Made by a program: the position numbers and the translations under genes. Below the pieces are notes generated by a model. The model ran no database searches. It was not told the origin of the DNA and saw only the letters and a program-made list of their open reading frames with translations. Shown piece by piece: positions 23,244-30,394 of a DNA stretch of 32,000 nt; positions within the stretch are counted from its first letter, which is position 1, and every line of letters starts with the position of its first letter. The stretch is from contig NZ_WTEV01000005.1 in the NCBI RefSeq assembly GCF_009795885.1, forward strand, positions 101,197 through 133,196, read 5' to 3'. The stretch comes from Gilliamella sp. Pas-s25. GTDB taxonomy: Bacteria; Pseudomonadota; Gammaproteobacteria; Enterobacterales; Orbaceae.

Positions 23244-23502
23244 AAAAAATTAGGTATTTTAATCTTGCCAAATTGAAAGGTTAAAAATTGGTTTTAGAAT
23301 TTTGACGGTGTAAAAATTTATCTAGGTGAGCGGTATCCGTTAATTATGTTTTAGATTTTTTATACCTCCCCCCATAAAAATAAAATTTTATAAAAAAGTA
23401 TGCACGGTGTTCACTACCTGCTTGAAGCCTTATTCTAAAAGGGTTTGAGTGGTGTATACTTGAATGTTTACTATTCACAAGTATACACTTTAGGTATTCA
23501 CT
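23204..23502. other. candidate replication origin of the island
   Basis: The iterons at 23204-23243 and 23363-23374 are followed by a 24-bp pure A/T tract (23374-23397). There are three (G)TrTTCAC(T) motifs at 23407, 23472 and 23494. A perfect 11-bp inverted repeat GTGTATACTTG(15 nt)CAAGTATACAC lies at 23452-23488. The whole region sits immediately 3' of the primase-helicase gene. Confidence 0.4.
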
Positions 23503-23504
23503 CA

Positions 23505-23535
23505 ATAAAAAACCGCCAATTAGGGCGGTCTTATT
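23505..23535 (-). terminator. intrinsic terminator of the primase operon
   Basis: The minus strand reads AAGACCGCCCTAATTGGCGGTTTTTTATT, 22 nt after the primase stop, giving a GC stem plus a T6 run. Confidence 0.75.
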
Positions 23536-23556
23536 TTGGTTGTTCAATTTGAGCTA

Positions 23557-25926
23557 CTAGTTAGGATCTTCGGCTTTAGGTAGCCAATCTTTACACATAT
23601 CTGGGTTTATTTCTAAATTAGTTTTTACCCCTATATTAGTTCGTTTTTTAATGTATGCCTTTCTATTTTCTTTTATGGCGTAATTTAATGATAAACCGAA
23701 CCCACTCAAGGACAATGGATTATTAAGCCCTGTATTTCGCACATACTCAATATAAGCATGATATAAATATTTTTTAGGGTTAAATGGTATTATGCCTAAA
23801 TTACCCATAAGCATACCATTGGGATGATCTAGCACATCAAGATAACTACAAAAATCCACCAAGTGGTCAGATTCGCGTTTAATCGCCGTCGCTTCGTCTG
23901 ATTGTTGTTGCTGGTGTAGTCTTTCTTTGGCTTCTGTTGGACTGGTAAACTCATTTAATAGCAACCTCACAATTGAGGGGAGTTCTTGCTCTATTTTGCT
24001 AACCAAGTTTAAATCTCGCTCTTTTTCAGGGATAACCTCGCCAAAGTGAAAGATAACCCTACGCCGTGATATACCGCCGTTACGCTCGTTAAATCTCATT
24101 GCCTCGTTATTGATAACCAAAACTACCGCAGGGATTTTACAAGAATAGGGTTGCTTGTGTTTTGGGTCTATTGCGACTTCATCACCGCCAGTAATTGCTT
24201 TTAATCCTGCGCCACTGCCCATATAACGAGGTTGGTCGGGTAATATGACTAATGAGTAACCCACGATTAAGGCTCTATCCCTTGCCTTTTCTAATGCGTC
24301 CATAGTGCCTATTACAGTATTGTTTTTACCTGATAACATCGTCGCAATTTCAGCAAAAACACTTTTACCGCTACCGCCTGCGCCTGTAACCTCTAAGAAT
24401 AATTGCCAGTCATGGCGATTAGCCAATATCATATATAGCGCAGCTAAGATATTTTTAGCCTTATCTTGATTGCCTGATGCTCTTTTTAGCCATTTAGCGA
24501 AGTTTGGCGCGTGAGTATCAAAAGATTCCTTTTCTTTGGCAGGGTAGTAATCAATATCATTACTAACTAATAGCCAATCTGGCTTATTGTGTGGTCTAAA
24601 GGTTTGACTTTTTAGCTCATATACGCCATTTTTAAAGCAGATTAAATCTTTCTGAGGTGTTCCCATTATCGGCAGTGATAACCTGAGCGATTCAACCGCT
24701 GAGCTAATTCGCATAGGGTTAAAAGGTTCGCCTGATTGAGTAAATAAATCGGCTAGTGTTCGCATTAATAGTTTATCGCTTATAGGTTGCCATGCGTTAT
24801 CTTGATAGTGATAGATTTCATCGGTAGTAAGGTTAATCGCAAGGTTATTATCATAATATTGATTGAGCAGTTCAGCCCGTTGGCTTGATGCCATTTGCGA
24901 TAGGTTCATGCTTGATAACTCGTTTTGCATGTTATGTTTTGTCATGGTGGATAACTCTGGTTTTATGAGGTTTTTATTAAAATGAGCCGAAGCGTTATCG
25001 CTCCCAAATTGTTGCCTATAATCATCCCAATCACATTTATAATCTGTATCAGGAACGGAGTAATAACCATTTACCGCTTGAGCTGCCTCTATTGCTTTAG
25101 CTAAGCCCGTATTTGGGCTTTGTCCAATATCGTTATCACCTGCGATAATGATTTTAGCGGTAGGGTTTAACTCACGAATGTCTTTAGCTACATGAATAAG
25201 ATTGCCTGCGTCAATAGCGGATATAACAATAGACTGTTGGCGGAATTCTGCTATTGATATCCCTGTAGCCAACCCCTCACAGATAATAATTTCATTGTGT
25301 GCGAGCAAATTTGCGCACACCTCGGCAGGTCTGCTCAATATTGAGCGCACTAATATAAAAGCACTTTTCTTATTTGAGCCTCTCATTAAGTGCTTACTGC
25401 CGTCTAGCTCAATAAATTGACCGCCTGCGTATTCATTATGAAGATTCAGCATAGGCGCAAAAATGCGCCCGTTATCTAACAAGGGTAAGTCAAAGGTTAA
25501 TCCTTTCTTGGTCAGGTATTGAGATTGCCCTAATGTTGCTTTAGATAGCAAATACTCAACCTTTTTACATACGGGATTTTCTGGTATGTTATTATTATGC
25601 AATTGTTTGGAATCTATATTCCTAAATACGAGATTTTCCCGTATTTTGTGATTGTGATTAGACAGATTTAAACACTCCGCTACTTTACTCGATGCTTCTT
25701 TAGCGTCACTATGATAATAGTTTTTGATAAGCTCTAAGCCGTCACCACTACCGCACTGGTTACAGATGTACGTACCTCTACCATTTTGGTTATCAAATCT
25801 AAATCTATCTTTACCCCCACAGACAGGACAAGGGCAATGCTTGCCATTACCCACCTCAATACCCAATGATTGAAAGACATAATCCCATTTACCTACGGCT
25901 TGGGCTGTAATTTCATTGATTTTCAT
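23557..25926 (-). CDS. P4-alpha-type bifunctional DNA primase / helicase
   Basis: 789 aa. The N-terminal zinc ribbon reads HCPCPVCGGKDRFRFDNQNGRGTYICNQCG. Toprim motifs are present (IIICEGLATG ... IIIAGDND). The C-terminal D5/P4-family NTPase has Walker A GAGGSGKS and Walker B LVILPDQP. An AGAGGGGA Shine-Dalgarno precedes the ATG. Confidence 0.9.
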   Translation of the reverse strand: MKINEITAQAVGKWDYVFQSLGIEVGNGKHCPCPVCGGKDRFRFDNQNGRGTYICNQCGSGDGLELIKNYYHSDAKEASSKVAECLNLSNHNHKIRENLVFRNIDSKQLHNNNIPENPVCKKVEYLLSKATLGQSQYLTKKGLTFDLPLLDNGRIFAPMLNLHNEYAGGQFIELDGSKHLMRGSNKKSAFILVRSILSRPAEVCANLLAHNEIIICEGLATGISIAEFRQQSIVISAIDAGNLIHVAKDIRELNPTAKIIIAGDNDIGQSPNTGLAKAIEAAQAVNGYYSVPDTDYKCDWDDYRQQFGSDNASAHFNKNLIKPELSTMTKHNMQNELSSMNLSQMASSQRAELLNQYYDNNLAINLTTDEIYHYQDNAWQPISDKLLMRTLADLFTQSGEPFNPMRISSAVESLRLSLPIMGTPQKDLICFKNGVYELKSQTFRPHNKPDWLLVSNDIDYYPAKEKESFDTHAPNFAKWLKRASGNQDKAKNILAALYMILANRHDWQLFLEVTGAGGSGKSVFAEIATMLSGKNNTVIGTMDALEKARDRALIVGYSLVILPDQPRYMGSGAGLKAITGGDEVAIDPKHKQPYSCKIPAVVLVINNEAMRFNERNGGISRRRVIFHFGEVIPEKERDLNLVSKIEQELPSIVRLLLNEFTSPTEAKERLHQQQQSDEATAIKRESDHLVDFCSYLDVLDHPNGMLMGNLGIIPFNPKKYLYHAYIEYVRNTGLNNPLSLSGFGLSLNYAIKENRKAYIKKRTNIGVKTNLEINPDMCKDWLPKAEDPN

Positions 25927-25937
25927 TACATCCCCTC

Positions 25938-26306
25938 TTAATGAATTATTGCGTTAGATTCAGCTTTGATATCTTCGGCTAAATCAATAAATAACGTTGC
26001 AAGCATTTCTTGCCCGAATTGGGTTAATGCCATAGGTTTATCATCACTTTCGGCGTACATCTTTTTTAATAGTCCATAGGTACGATTTAACCCCTCACTT
26101 TCGCCAAAGTCTTCAATCAAGCATTCTTCAAGACTAACTTTTAACCCTAAAACAATTAAATCTTTATCAATCTTGATATCCTCATGAATAAACACCTTGG
26201 CACCGTTTTTATTAATCTGCTCAATTAAAAATAAACCTGCGATAATCGCCATGGTAGAATCAACGATACTATGATGAATTGCTGTTACTTCTTGCTGATT
26301 ATCCAT
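25938..26306 (-). CDS. hypothetical protein (122 aa)
   Basis: The ORF has a GGGGT Shine-Dalgarno. Its start overlaps the upstream ORF stop by 8 nt, and it ends 11 nt before the primase start. I recognise no motif. Confidence 0.6.
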   Translation of the reverse strand: MDNQQEVTAIHHSIVDSTMAIIAGLFLIEQINKNGAKVFIHEDIKIDKDLIVLGLKVSLEECLIEDFGESEGLNRTYGLLKKMYAESDDKPMALTQFGQEMLATLFIDLAEDIKAESNAIIH

Positions 26307-26490
26307 GATTTACCCCCTTAATTTGTGTCATGTATCGCCTAACTTCGGGCGGTAGTCGCTTAGTGACATCAGCAAGTAAATCAGAGATTTCATCCTTGCC
26401 AAAAGAAAGTAGTGCTACATATTTGCCATTTTTAAGCCTTAATGCGGTAATAGTGCCGTCATTGTTATGGACAAAATCAAACTCTTTCAT
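26299..26490 (-). CDS. hypothetical small protein (63 aa)
   Basis: A GGAGG Shine-Dalgarno sits 5 nt upstream of the ATG. The ORF overlaps the upstream ORF by 14 nt and the downstream ORF by 8 nt, indicating translational coupling. Confidence 0.55.
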   Translation of the reverse strand: MKEFDFVHNNDGTITALRLKNGKYVALLSFGKDEISDLLADVTKRLPPEVRRYMTQIKGVNHG

Positions 26491-26698
26491 TCTTTGCCTC
26501 CTTGCGCTCGGTTTCGCTTCTAAATAGCTTTTTAGAATCGTTAATTAAGTCAGATACAGCATCAAGGGCATAGGAGCGTAATTCTTCGTTAATTGGCGTG
26601 TTTGAATCACAATCAGCCATTAAAAGCGTGGTGATAGCGTTAGCTTGTCCTAGTTTTGTATTGATAGTATTAATTGCGTCCAATGAGATATTAGCCAT
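26477..26698 (-). CDS. hypothetical small helical protein (73 aa), paralog of 26691..26924
   Basis: A GGAGG Shine-Dalgarno lies about 9 nt upstream. The ATGGCTAA overlap covers the preceding stop. The N-terminal I-N-T-K-L-G-Q segment aligns with I-E-T-K-L-I-Q of the neighbouring ORF. Confidence 0.55.
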   Translation of the reverse strand: MANISLDAINTINTKLGQANAITTLLMADCDSNTPINEELRSYALDAVSDLINDSKKLFRSETERKEAKNERV

Positions 26699-26924
26699 TA
26701 TTCTTATCCTCCATTAACCCGTACTCTTGTAACTCATCAAAAGCTTGCTCTACTAAATCAGCGATAACCCACAGTAAATTACTCATATCGGCTTGTTCGA
26801 TAAAAGGCTCGTCATATCCTGCGCACTTATAATTAGTGTTATCCAAAGCGATTTTAGCCATGCTCCGAACTTGAATAAGTTTTGTTTCGATGTTATTTAA
26901 TATCTGAAAGTTATTATTGCCCAT
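26691..26924 (-). CDS. hypothetical small helical protein (77 aa)
   Basis: The ORF track gives 26691..26984. The internal ATG at 26924 (MGNNNFQILNN...) has a perfect GGAGG 8 nt upstream and overlaps the Icd-like stop, so I prefer it. Confidence 0.5.
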   Translation of the reverse strand: MGNNNFQILNNIETKLIQVRSMAKIALDNTNYKCAGYDEPFIEQADMSNLLWVIADLVEQAFDELQEYGLMEDKNNG

Positions 26925-27132
26925 AGTGATAACCTCCAAAGCTTCTGGCTCTTTCAATGACTGGATATAAGCGAATTCTGGCAATAAAGATAAGGGATGA
27001 TTTGCCTAGGCTCTTGCGTGCTTGGCGTTCGGTTGTTGCCGTTATTTGGACTACTTGAGCCATTGATAGGTCATAGAATTTAAATAGTTTGGTTTCACGA
27101 TTACCCTTTTCTTGATGATTCGTTTTCAACAT
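26914..27132 (-). CDS. Icd-like (host cell division inhibitor-like) small protein
   Basis: The ORF track gives 26914..27204. The ATG at 27132 has AAGGGAGG upstream and sits 1 nt after the preceding stop. KLFKFYDLSMAQVVQITATTERQARKSLGKSSLIFIARI fits the pattern I recall for Icd-like proteins of P4-type islands, F.W.F...V..I.A.SE..AR..L....L.FA.R. This is motif memory only. Confidence 0.45.
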   Translation of the reverse strand: MLKTNHQEKGNRETKLFKFYDLSMAQVVQITATTERQARKSLGKSSLIFIARIRLYPVIERARSFGGYHYGQ

Positions 27133-27133
27133 A

Positions 27134-27475
27134 CTATTTACCTCCCTTATGGTTTTGCGTAGCATCAAGTAGGTTAATTTGATTTGAAGCGAAACAAGCG
27201 ACATCCCTTAATTGTGCTAGTAAATAGCCAATATCGCGCATATCATTTTTAAGGTTCTGCTCGGAATAACTCTCATTTTCACTAGCCCAAAACATCAGGT
27301 TACCAATCGCACCTATTCCATATAGAATAGATTGCTGTAGTTCTTCAAAATGGTTCTCAGCTTGTAGTAAATGGTGTGTTGGAATATCTGCTTGATAGAG
27401 ATTTAAAACAGAAATTAAATTAGATAGGTCAGGTTGCCCATTTTTAGGGCGTAGGGTATCATTACTATTAGCCAT
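27134..27475 (-). CDS. hypothetical protein (113 aa), first gene of the primase operon
   Basis: This is the C-terminal part of the 344-aa ORF 27134..28168. The in-frame ATG at 27475 (MANSNDTLRP...) is preceded by a GGAG Shine-Dalgarno. Sequence upstream of it looks intergenic, being AT-rich with repeated operator-like motifs, and carries a better-supported gene on the opposite strand. The alternative model is the full 344-aa ORF. Confidence 0.5.
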   Translation of the reverse strand: MANSNDTLRPKNGQPDLSNLISVLNLYQADIPTHHLLQAENHFEELQQSILYGIGAIGNLMFWASENESYSEQNLKNDMRDIGYLLAQLRDVACFASNQINLLDATQNHKGGK

Positions 27476-27564
27476 AGCATTACTCCGTTTAATGTTTGTG
27501 GTTAGATAGCTCATTGAGGCGCAAACTCTCTGGGCTATTGTTTTTATTAATACGTTAATTTCAA

Positions 27565-27653
27565 ATATGTCCGTACAATATATTTTATTTTGTCCGCACA
27601 TGTCAACACTATTTTTACTCTTTGTTTTCGTGTATATTGTCCGTATTAATAAT
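27565..27653. promoter_or_regulatory. operator-like direct repeats TGTCCG(T/C)A x3 in a divergent control region
   Basis: The three copies are ATATGTCCGTACAAT (27568), TTTTGTCCGCACATG (27591) and ATATTGTCCGTATTAA (27638). They lie between the minus-strand operon start (27475) and the plus-strand RHH start (27669). Confidence 0.4.
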
Positions 27654-27668
27654 TTATGAATAATTAAT

Positions 27669-27827
27669 ATGGCAAACGAAACAAGTAAATCAAAACGTAA
27701 AGATATCCGCTTCCCCCATGAATTAATAGAGCGAATAGACGAGCAATCCAAGAAAGAGAATACTAACTTTTCCGCTTGGGTTATTGCTACTTGTCGCGAA
27801 AAACTAGCTAAATTAGATAAGAAATAA
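27669..27827 (+). CDS. ribbon-helix-helix (Arc/CopG-like, YlcI/YnfO-type) small DNA-binding protein
   Basis: This 52-aa ORF is absent from the supplied ORF track: MANETSKSKRKDIRFPHELIERIDEQSKKENTNFSAWVIATCREKLAKLDKK. It has a basic N-tail, a beta-strand (DIRFP) and two helices, which is the classic RHH layout. A canonical intrinsic terminator follows 12 nt downstream. Confidence 0.55.
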   Translation: MANETSKSKRKDIRFPHELIERIDEQSKKENTNFSAWVIATCREKLAKLDKK

Positions 27828-27838
27828 TCTTTTAAATT

Positions 27839-27866
27839 AATACCACTGATTGGTGGTATTTGTTTT
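27839..27866 (+). terminator. intrinsic terminator of the RHH gene
   Basis: AATACCAC-TGATTG-GTGGTATT followed by TGTTTT. Confidence 0.6.
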
Positions 27867-28170
27867 CCCATTCTCCTTTTTATGGACTCAAGAAACCTAC
27901 TTTTAAAATTCAACCCCATGCAATGATTAGTACGCATTAAAAAAACGGTTTTCACTGCGGACTTAGTGCGTACTTTTACACTGGCTTCCGTTTGGGTTTC
28001 CATTGAAATAGAATCTTTTGGCTGGAAACTAGAATTATTGCCAACCAAGAAGAATGATTTCACCTTTTGGATGGCATTAATCCCATCAAAATAGCAATTT
28101 AAGCGATTATTTAGGGCTTGGGTATATTGCCCTATTGCTAGGGTGTTAAATGGGTGTGTAGTCATCATAA

Positions 28171-28932
28171 TTAAGCCACCTTACCCAATAACCGAATTAT
28201 GTAGCTTTGTGATAGCTTGATGAGTTCTGCTTTTCGTTTTTCATAATTCCAACCCATATCTATTAACGTGATATTGGATTTCTCAAGGTAAGCTAAGTGA
28301 TTAAGTTGTTCTTCGGTGATATGGTCGCGAATATCACCCGTGAGATTATGAGCTTTTCGGTAAGCCTTTGCTGTCATACCAAGTACAATACGATTAATCA
28401 TATCAAATTCATTAGTATAGTGATGTGGCTTGGTCTCCTTGCCTAGGGATAATCGTTGTATAGTTAATGCGTCACACATAGGACGGCTATAATCAGCGAC
28501 TTCTAAACGTGCTTTTAATCGCTTAAACGCTTTCTTCTGGATTGCTGGCGCGATTTCTTTAAGGTGTTCTTCACAACGTATAAAGTACTTTCTTATTGCT
28601 CGTCCTTTCTCGTTGTTTTCAATCATCGCCAATTCTTTAGCGGTTCCGATTGTAAGGATATAATCTGTACTTTTACGATCTCCACCTCGCTTAGTTGTCC
28701 ATTTTATTTGTTGTTCATTATTTGTACTTTGATTCCTGAATTCTGATGAATCAAAGATTAAAAAATCATCATTTTTAATAAGTCCATATTCTTTTATTCT
28801 TCCCTTTATCCATGTTGAAAAATCATTTCCTACTTTTAAGTAATTATGTAAAGCCTTTGCGCTAACTGTTTGTTGTAATTTGCCGTTTAATTGCGTTTCT
28901 GTTACTGGCACTAAATTATTAAAATCTGTCAT
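28171..28932 (-). CDS. phage antirepressor-like protein (AntA N-terminal domain + ORF6C-like C-terminal domain)
   Basis: VSAKALHNYLKVGNDFSTWIKGRIKEYGLIKNDDF ... GGDRKSTDYILTIGTAKELAMIENNEKGRAIRKYFIRCEE matches the AntA/AntB domain pattern. The C-terminal ...NRIVLGMTAKAYRKAHNL..IRDHITEEQLNHLAYLEKSNITLIDMGWNYEKRKAEL fits the ORF6C pattern. A GGAG Shine-Dalgarno is present. Confidence 0.75.
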   Translation of the reverse strand: MTDFNNLVPVTETQLNGKLQQTVSAKALHNYLKVGNDFSTWIKGRIKEYGLIKNDDFLIFDSSEFRNQSTNNEQQIKWTTKRGGDRKSTDYILTIGTAKELAMIENNEKGRAIRKYFIRCEEHLKEIAPAIQKKAFKRLKARLEVADYSRPMCDALTIQRLSLGKETKPHHYTNEFDMINRIVLGMTAKAYRKAHNLTGDIRDHITEEQLNHLAYLEKSNITLIDMGWNYEKRKAELIKLSQSYIIRLLGKVA

Positions 28933-29051
28933 TTTTTATCTCCTAACGTGCCCGAAAACTCCCCGTTTAGCTAAATTTAGGCAAGGGGATACCATCAGCG
29001 CAAAAATGCGCTTTGTTCTTAAATAATTAACTAAATGGTTATCTTTTTATG

Positions 29052-29080
29052 TAGACACTTATAGCAAGATTGGCTATGAT
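29052..29080 (+). promoter_or_regulatory. sigma70-like promoter on the plus strand inside the alpA-ant intergenic region
   Basis: TAGACA (29052-57), a 17-nt spacer, then TATGAT (29075-80). It points toward hairpin D, which has a T-run. Confidence 0.3.
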
Positions 29081-29086
29081 TGGAGG

Positions 29087-29142
29087 CGTCTAAGTTCCAA
29101 TCTAAGCCCTTTACTATTTCGTTAGATAAAGGGTTTTGCTTT
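29087..29142 (+). ncRNA. candidate ~55-nt antisense small RNA
   Basis: The predicted start is about 7 nt after the TATGAT box. The 3' end is the hairpin CCCTTTACTA-TTTCGT-TAGATAAAGGG followed by TTTTGCTTTATT, which is a plus-strand-oriented terminator. It would be antisense to the alpA-ant transcript. Purely a sequence prediction. Confidence 0.25.
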
Positions 29143-29149
29143 ATTACCA

Positions 29150-29350
29150 TTATGCCACCTCGCGACGTTCTACTTTGCGAGATTCAAGCCAAGAATAAAT
29201 CTCATCAGCTCGATAGCCAACACGACGCAAACCTATTCTAATTTTCTGGGGGAAAGTTTCATCTTTCTGTTCTAGTGTATAAAGGCTAGTGTCAGATTTG
29301 AAGTGAAGTAAGGCTTTTACTTCTTTTTTGGATAGGATGTTGTTGTTCAT
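29150..29350 (-). CDS. alpA: AlpA-family phage/island transcriptional regulator (excisionase-like)
   Basis: 66 aa. ILSKKEVKALLHFKSDTSLYTLEQKDETFPQKIRIGLRRVGYRADEIYSWLESR matches the AlpA/Phage_AlpA winged-HTH pattern (L.R..V......S..TIYR....G.FP.P.K.G.R.V.W...EV..W). Confidence 0.8.
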   Translation of the reverse strand: MNNNILSKKEVKALLHFKSDTSLYTLEQKDETFPQKIRIGLRRVGYRADEIYSWLESRKVERREVA

Positions 29351-29691
29351 TAATTATTTCCTCAATTTATCAGTATTTGACACTATATTACTGTATAAAT
29401 ACTTAGCCATCCATTAAGATAGGAATTACTTTAAAATATTTATAATTCCGCCAAAATAATACATATTCCGCCAATAATTTGTCCGATGATAATATTAATA
29501 AAAACAATTAATTAATTGAATAATCTTAGAAAAAATAGTACATAATCGTTGTAGAGAGTTATCGGTCGTTTATGATCTTTTACATTTTTTTATAAATTTT
29601 TATTTTATTTAAGGCACAAATAGATAAATAGAATAATTCGGATATATTAAATAACTTTATTTTCAATAAGATAGTTAATAATAGAAAGGGA

Positions 29692-29722
29692 TGACCAACG
29701 GATTATAAGTCAATTGGTCATT
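29692..29722 (-). terminator. intrinsic terminator of the 211-aa gene
   Basis: On the minus strand, ATGACCAA-(15 nt)-TTGGTCAT is followed by CCCTTTCTATTATT, 13 nt after the stop codon. Confidence 0.5.
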
Positions 29723-29734
29723 TGAGTTGAAATG

Positions 29735-30370
29735 CTAATCAAGTGTATAAGAAAGAGCTATTTTTGCTTTTTCATAAAATGAAGATTTGGACAATCCATT
29801 TAAACTCAAACTATGAGCTTTTGCTAAGTCATCAATTTCTCTTTTTATTGTAGCTATATTAGGATTATCTACAGTACCATAAGCATTACCTTGTTTCTTG
29901 GCTAATAATTTTAATAAAATGCCTGTCATTTTATAAATGTTTACCTGTTCTTCATCTTTCTTATATTGCCCTCTTTGGCTTTTAGATAATTCGATTCCTA
30001 TTTCTAATAATTCATCACCGCCGATCGTGTATAACATTTCTCTCCATTTTTGTGTTCTTGTAAATCTAATCATGGCTTTTAAAGCACGATTTTTAACTGG
30101 TTCTGGCGTATTATTTTCATCAAGTAATGGGTAAGCAATAACAAACATTATATCTGCATGAACGTTGTTATGATAACGTAAATCTAACGCATATAAGCAC
30201 CGTTCAATATGATTTTTATATGTTTTAAACTCTGCTATCATCTCTGCTGGTATGTCTTTTATTTTCATATATGGTTCTAAACCACATAATAATAAAGCAA
30301 GCTCTTTTGTTTCAATTATAGGTAATTTTACAGCTTGCTCGAATACTCCCATTTTAGCAAAACTAACCAT
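29735..30370 (-). CDS. hypothetical protein (211 aa), stand-alone cargo gene
   Basis: A clean ORF with its own promoter, leader and terminator. It is predicted helical and I recognise no catalytic motif. The C-terminal segment GTVDNPNIATIKREIDDLAKAHSLSLNGLSKSSFYEKAKIA looks HTH-like. Confidence 0.65.
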   Translation of the reverse strand: MVSFAKMGVFEQAVKLPIIETKELALLLCGLEPYMKIKDIPAEMIAEFKTYKNHIERCLYALDLRYHNNVHADIMFVIAYPLLDENNTPEPVKNRALKAMIRFTRTQKWREMLYTIGGDELLEIGIELSKSQRGQYKKDEEQVNIYKMTGILLKLLAKKQGNAYGTVDNPNIATIKREIDDLAKAHSLSLNGLSKSSFYEKAKIALSYTLD

Positions 30371-30394
30371 CTACATTTCTCACGCCCCTAATAG

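Noticed and set aside
23204-23374. G-quadruplex on the minus strand formed from the G5-G6 runs
   Set aside because: Only three runs are close together, with loops of 7 and 13 nt, and the fourth is about 120 nt away. The iteron interpretation is simpler.
22933-23547. Minus-strand ORFs 22933..23154 (73 aa) and 23344..23547 (67 aa)
   Set aside because: They span the tRNA-like fragment, the iterons, the A/T tract, the inverted repeat and the primase terminator. They have no Shine-Dalgarno and implausible composition. The region is better explained as att and ori DNA.
26925-27204. Longer N-termini of ORFs 26691..26984 and 26914..27204
   Set aside because: The internal ATGs at 26924 and 27132 each have a strong GGAGG-type Shine-Dalgarno and give the compact stop/start coupling seen throughout the operon. 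The long forms would overlap their upstream genes by 70 nt or more.
27134-28168. The 344-aa ORF as a single gene
   Set aside because: Its central third is AT-rich repeat-bearing DNA plus the antisense of a convincing RHH gene with its own terminator, and an internal Shine-Dalgarno plus ATG exists at 27475. It is not fully excluded, because a 1-kb open frame in AT-rich DNA is unusual. It is kept as the alternative model.
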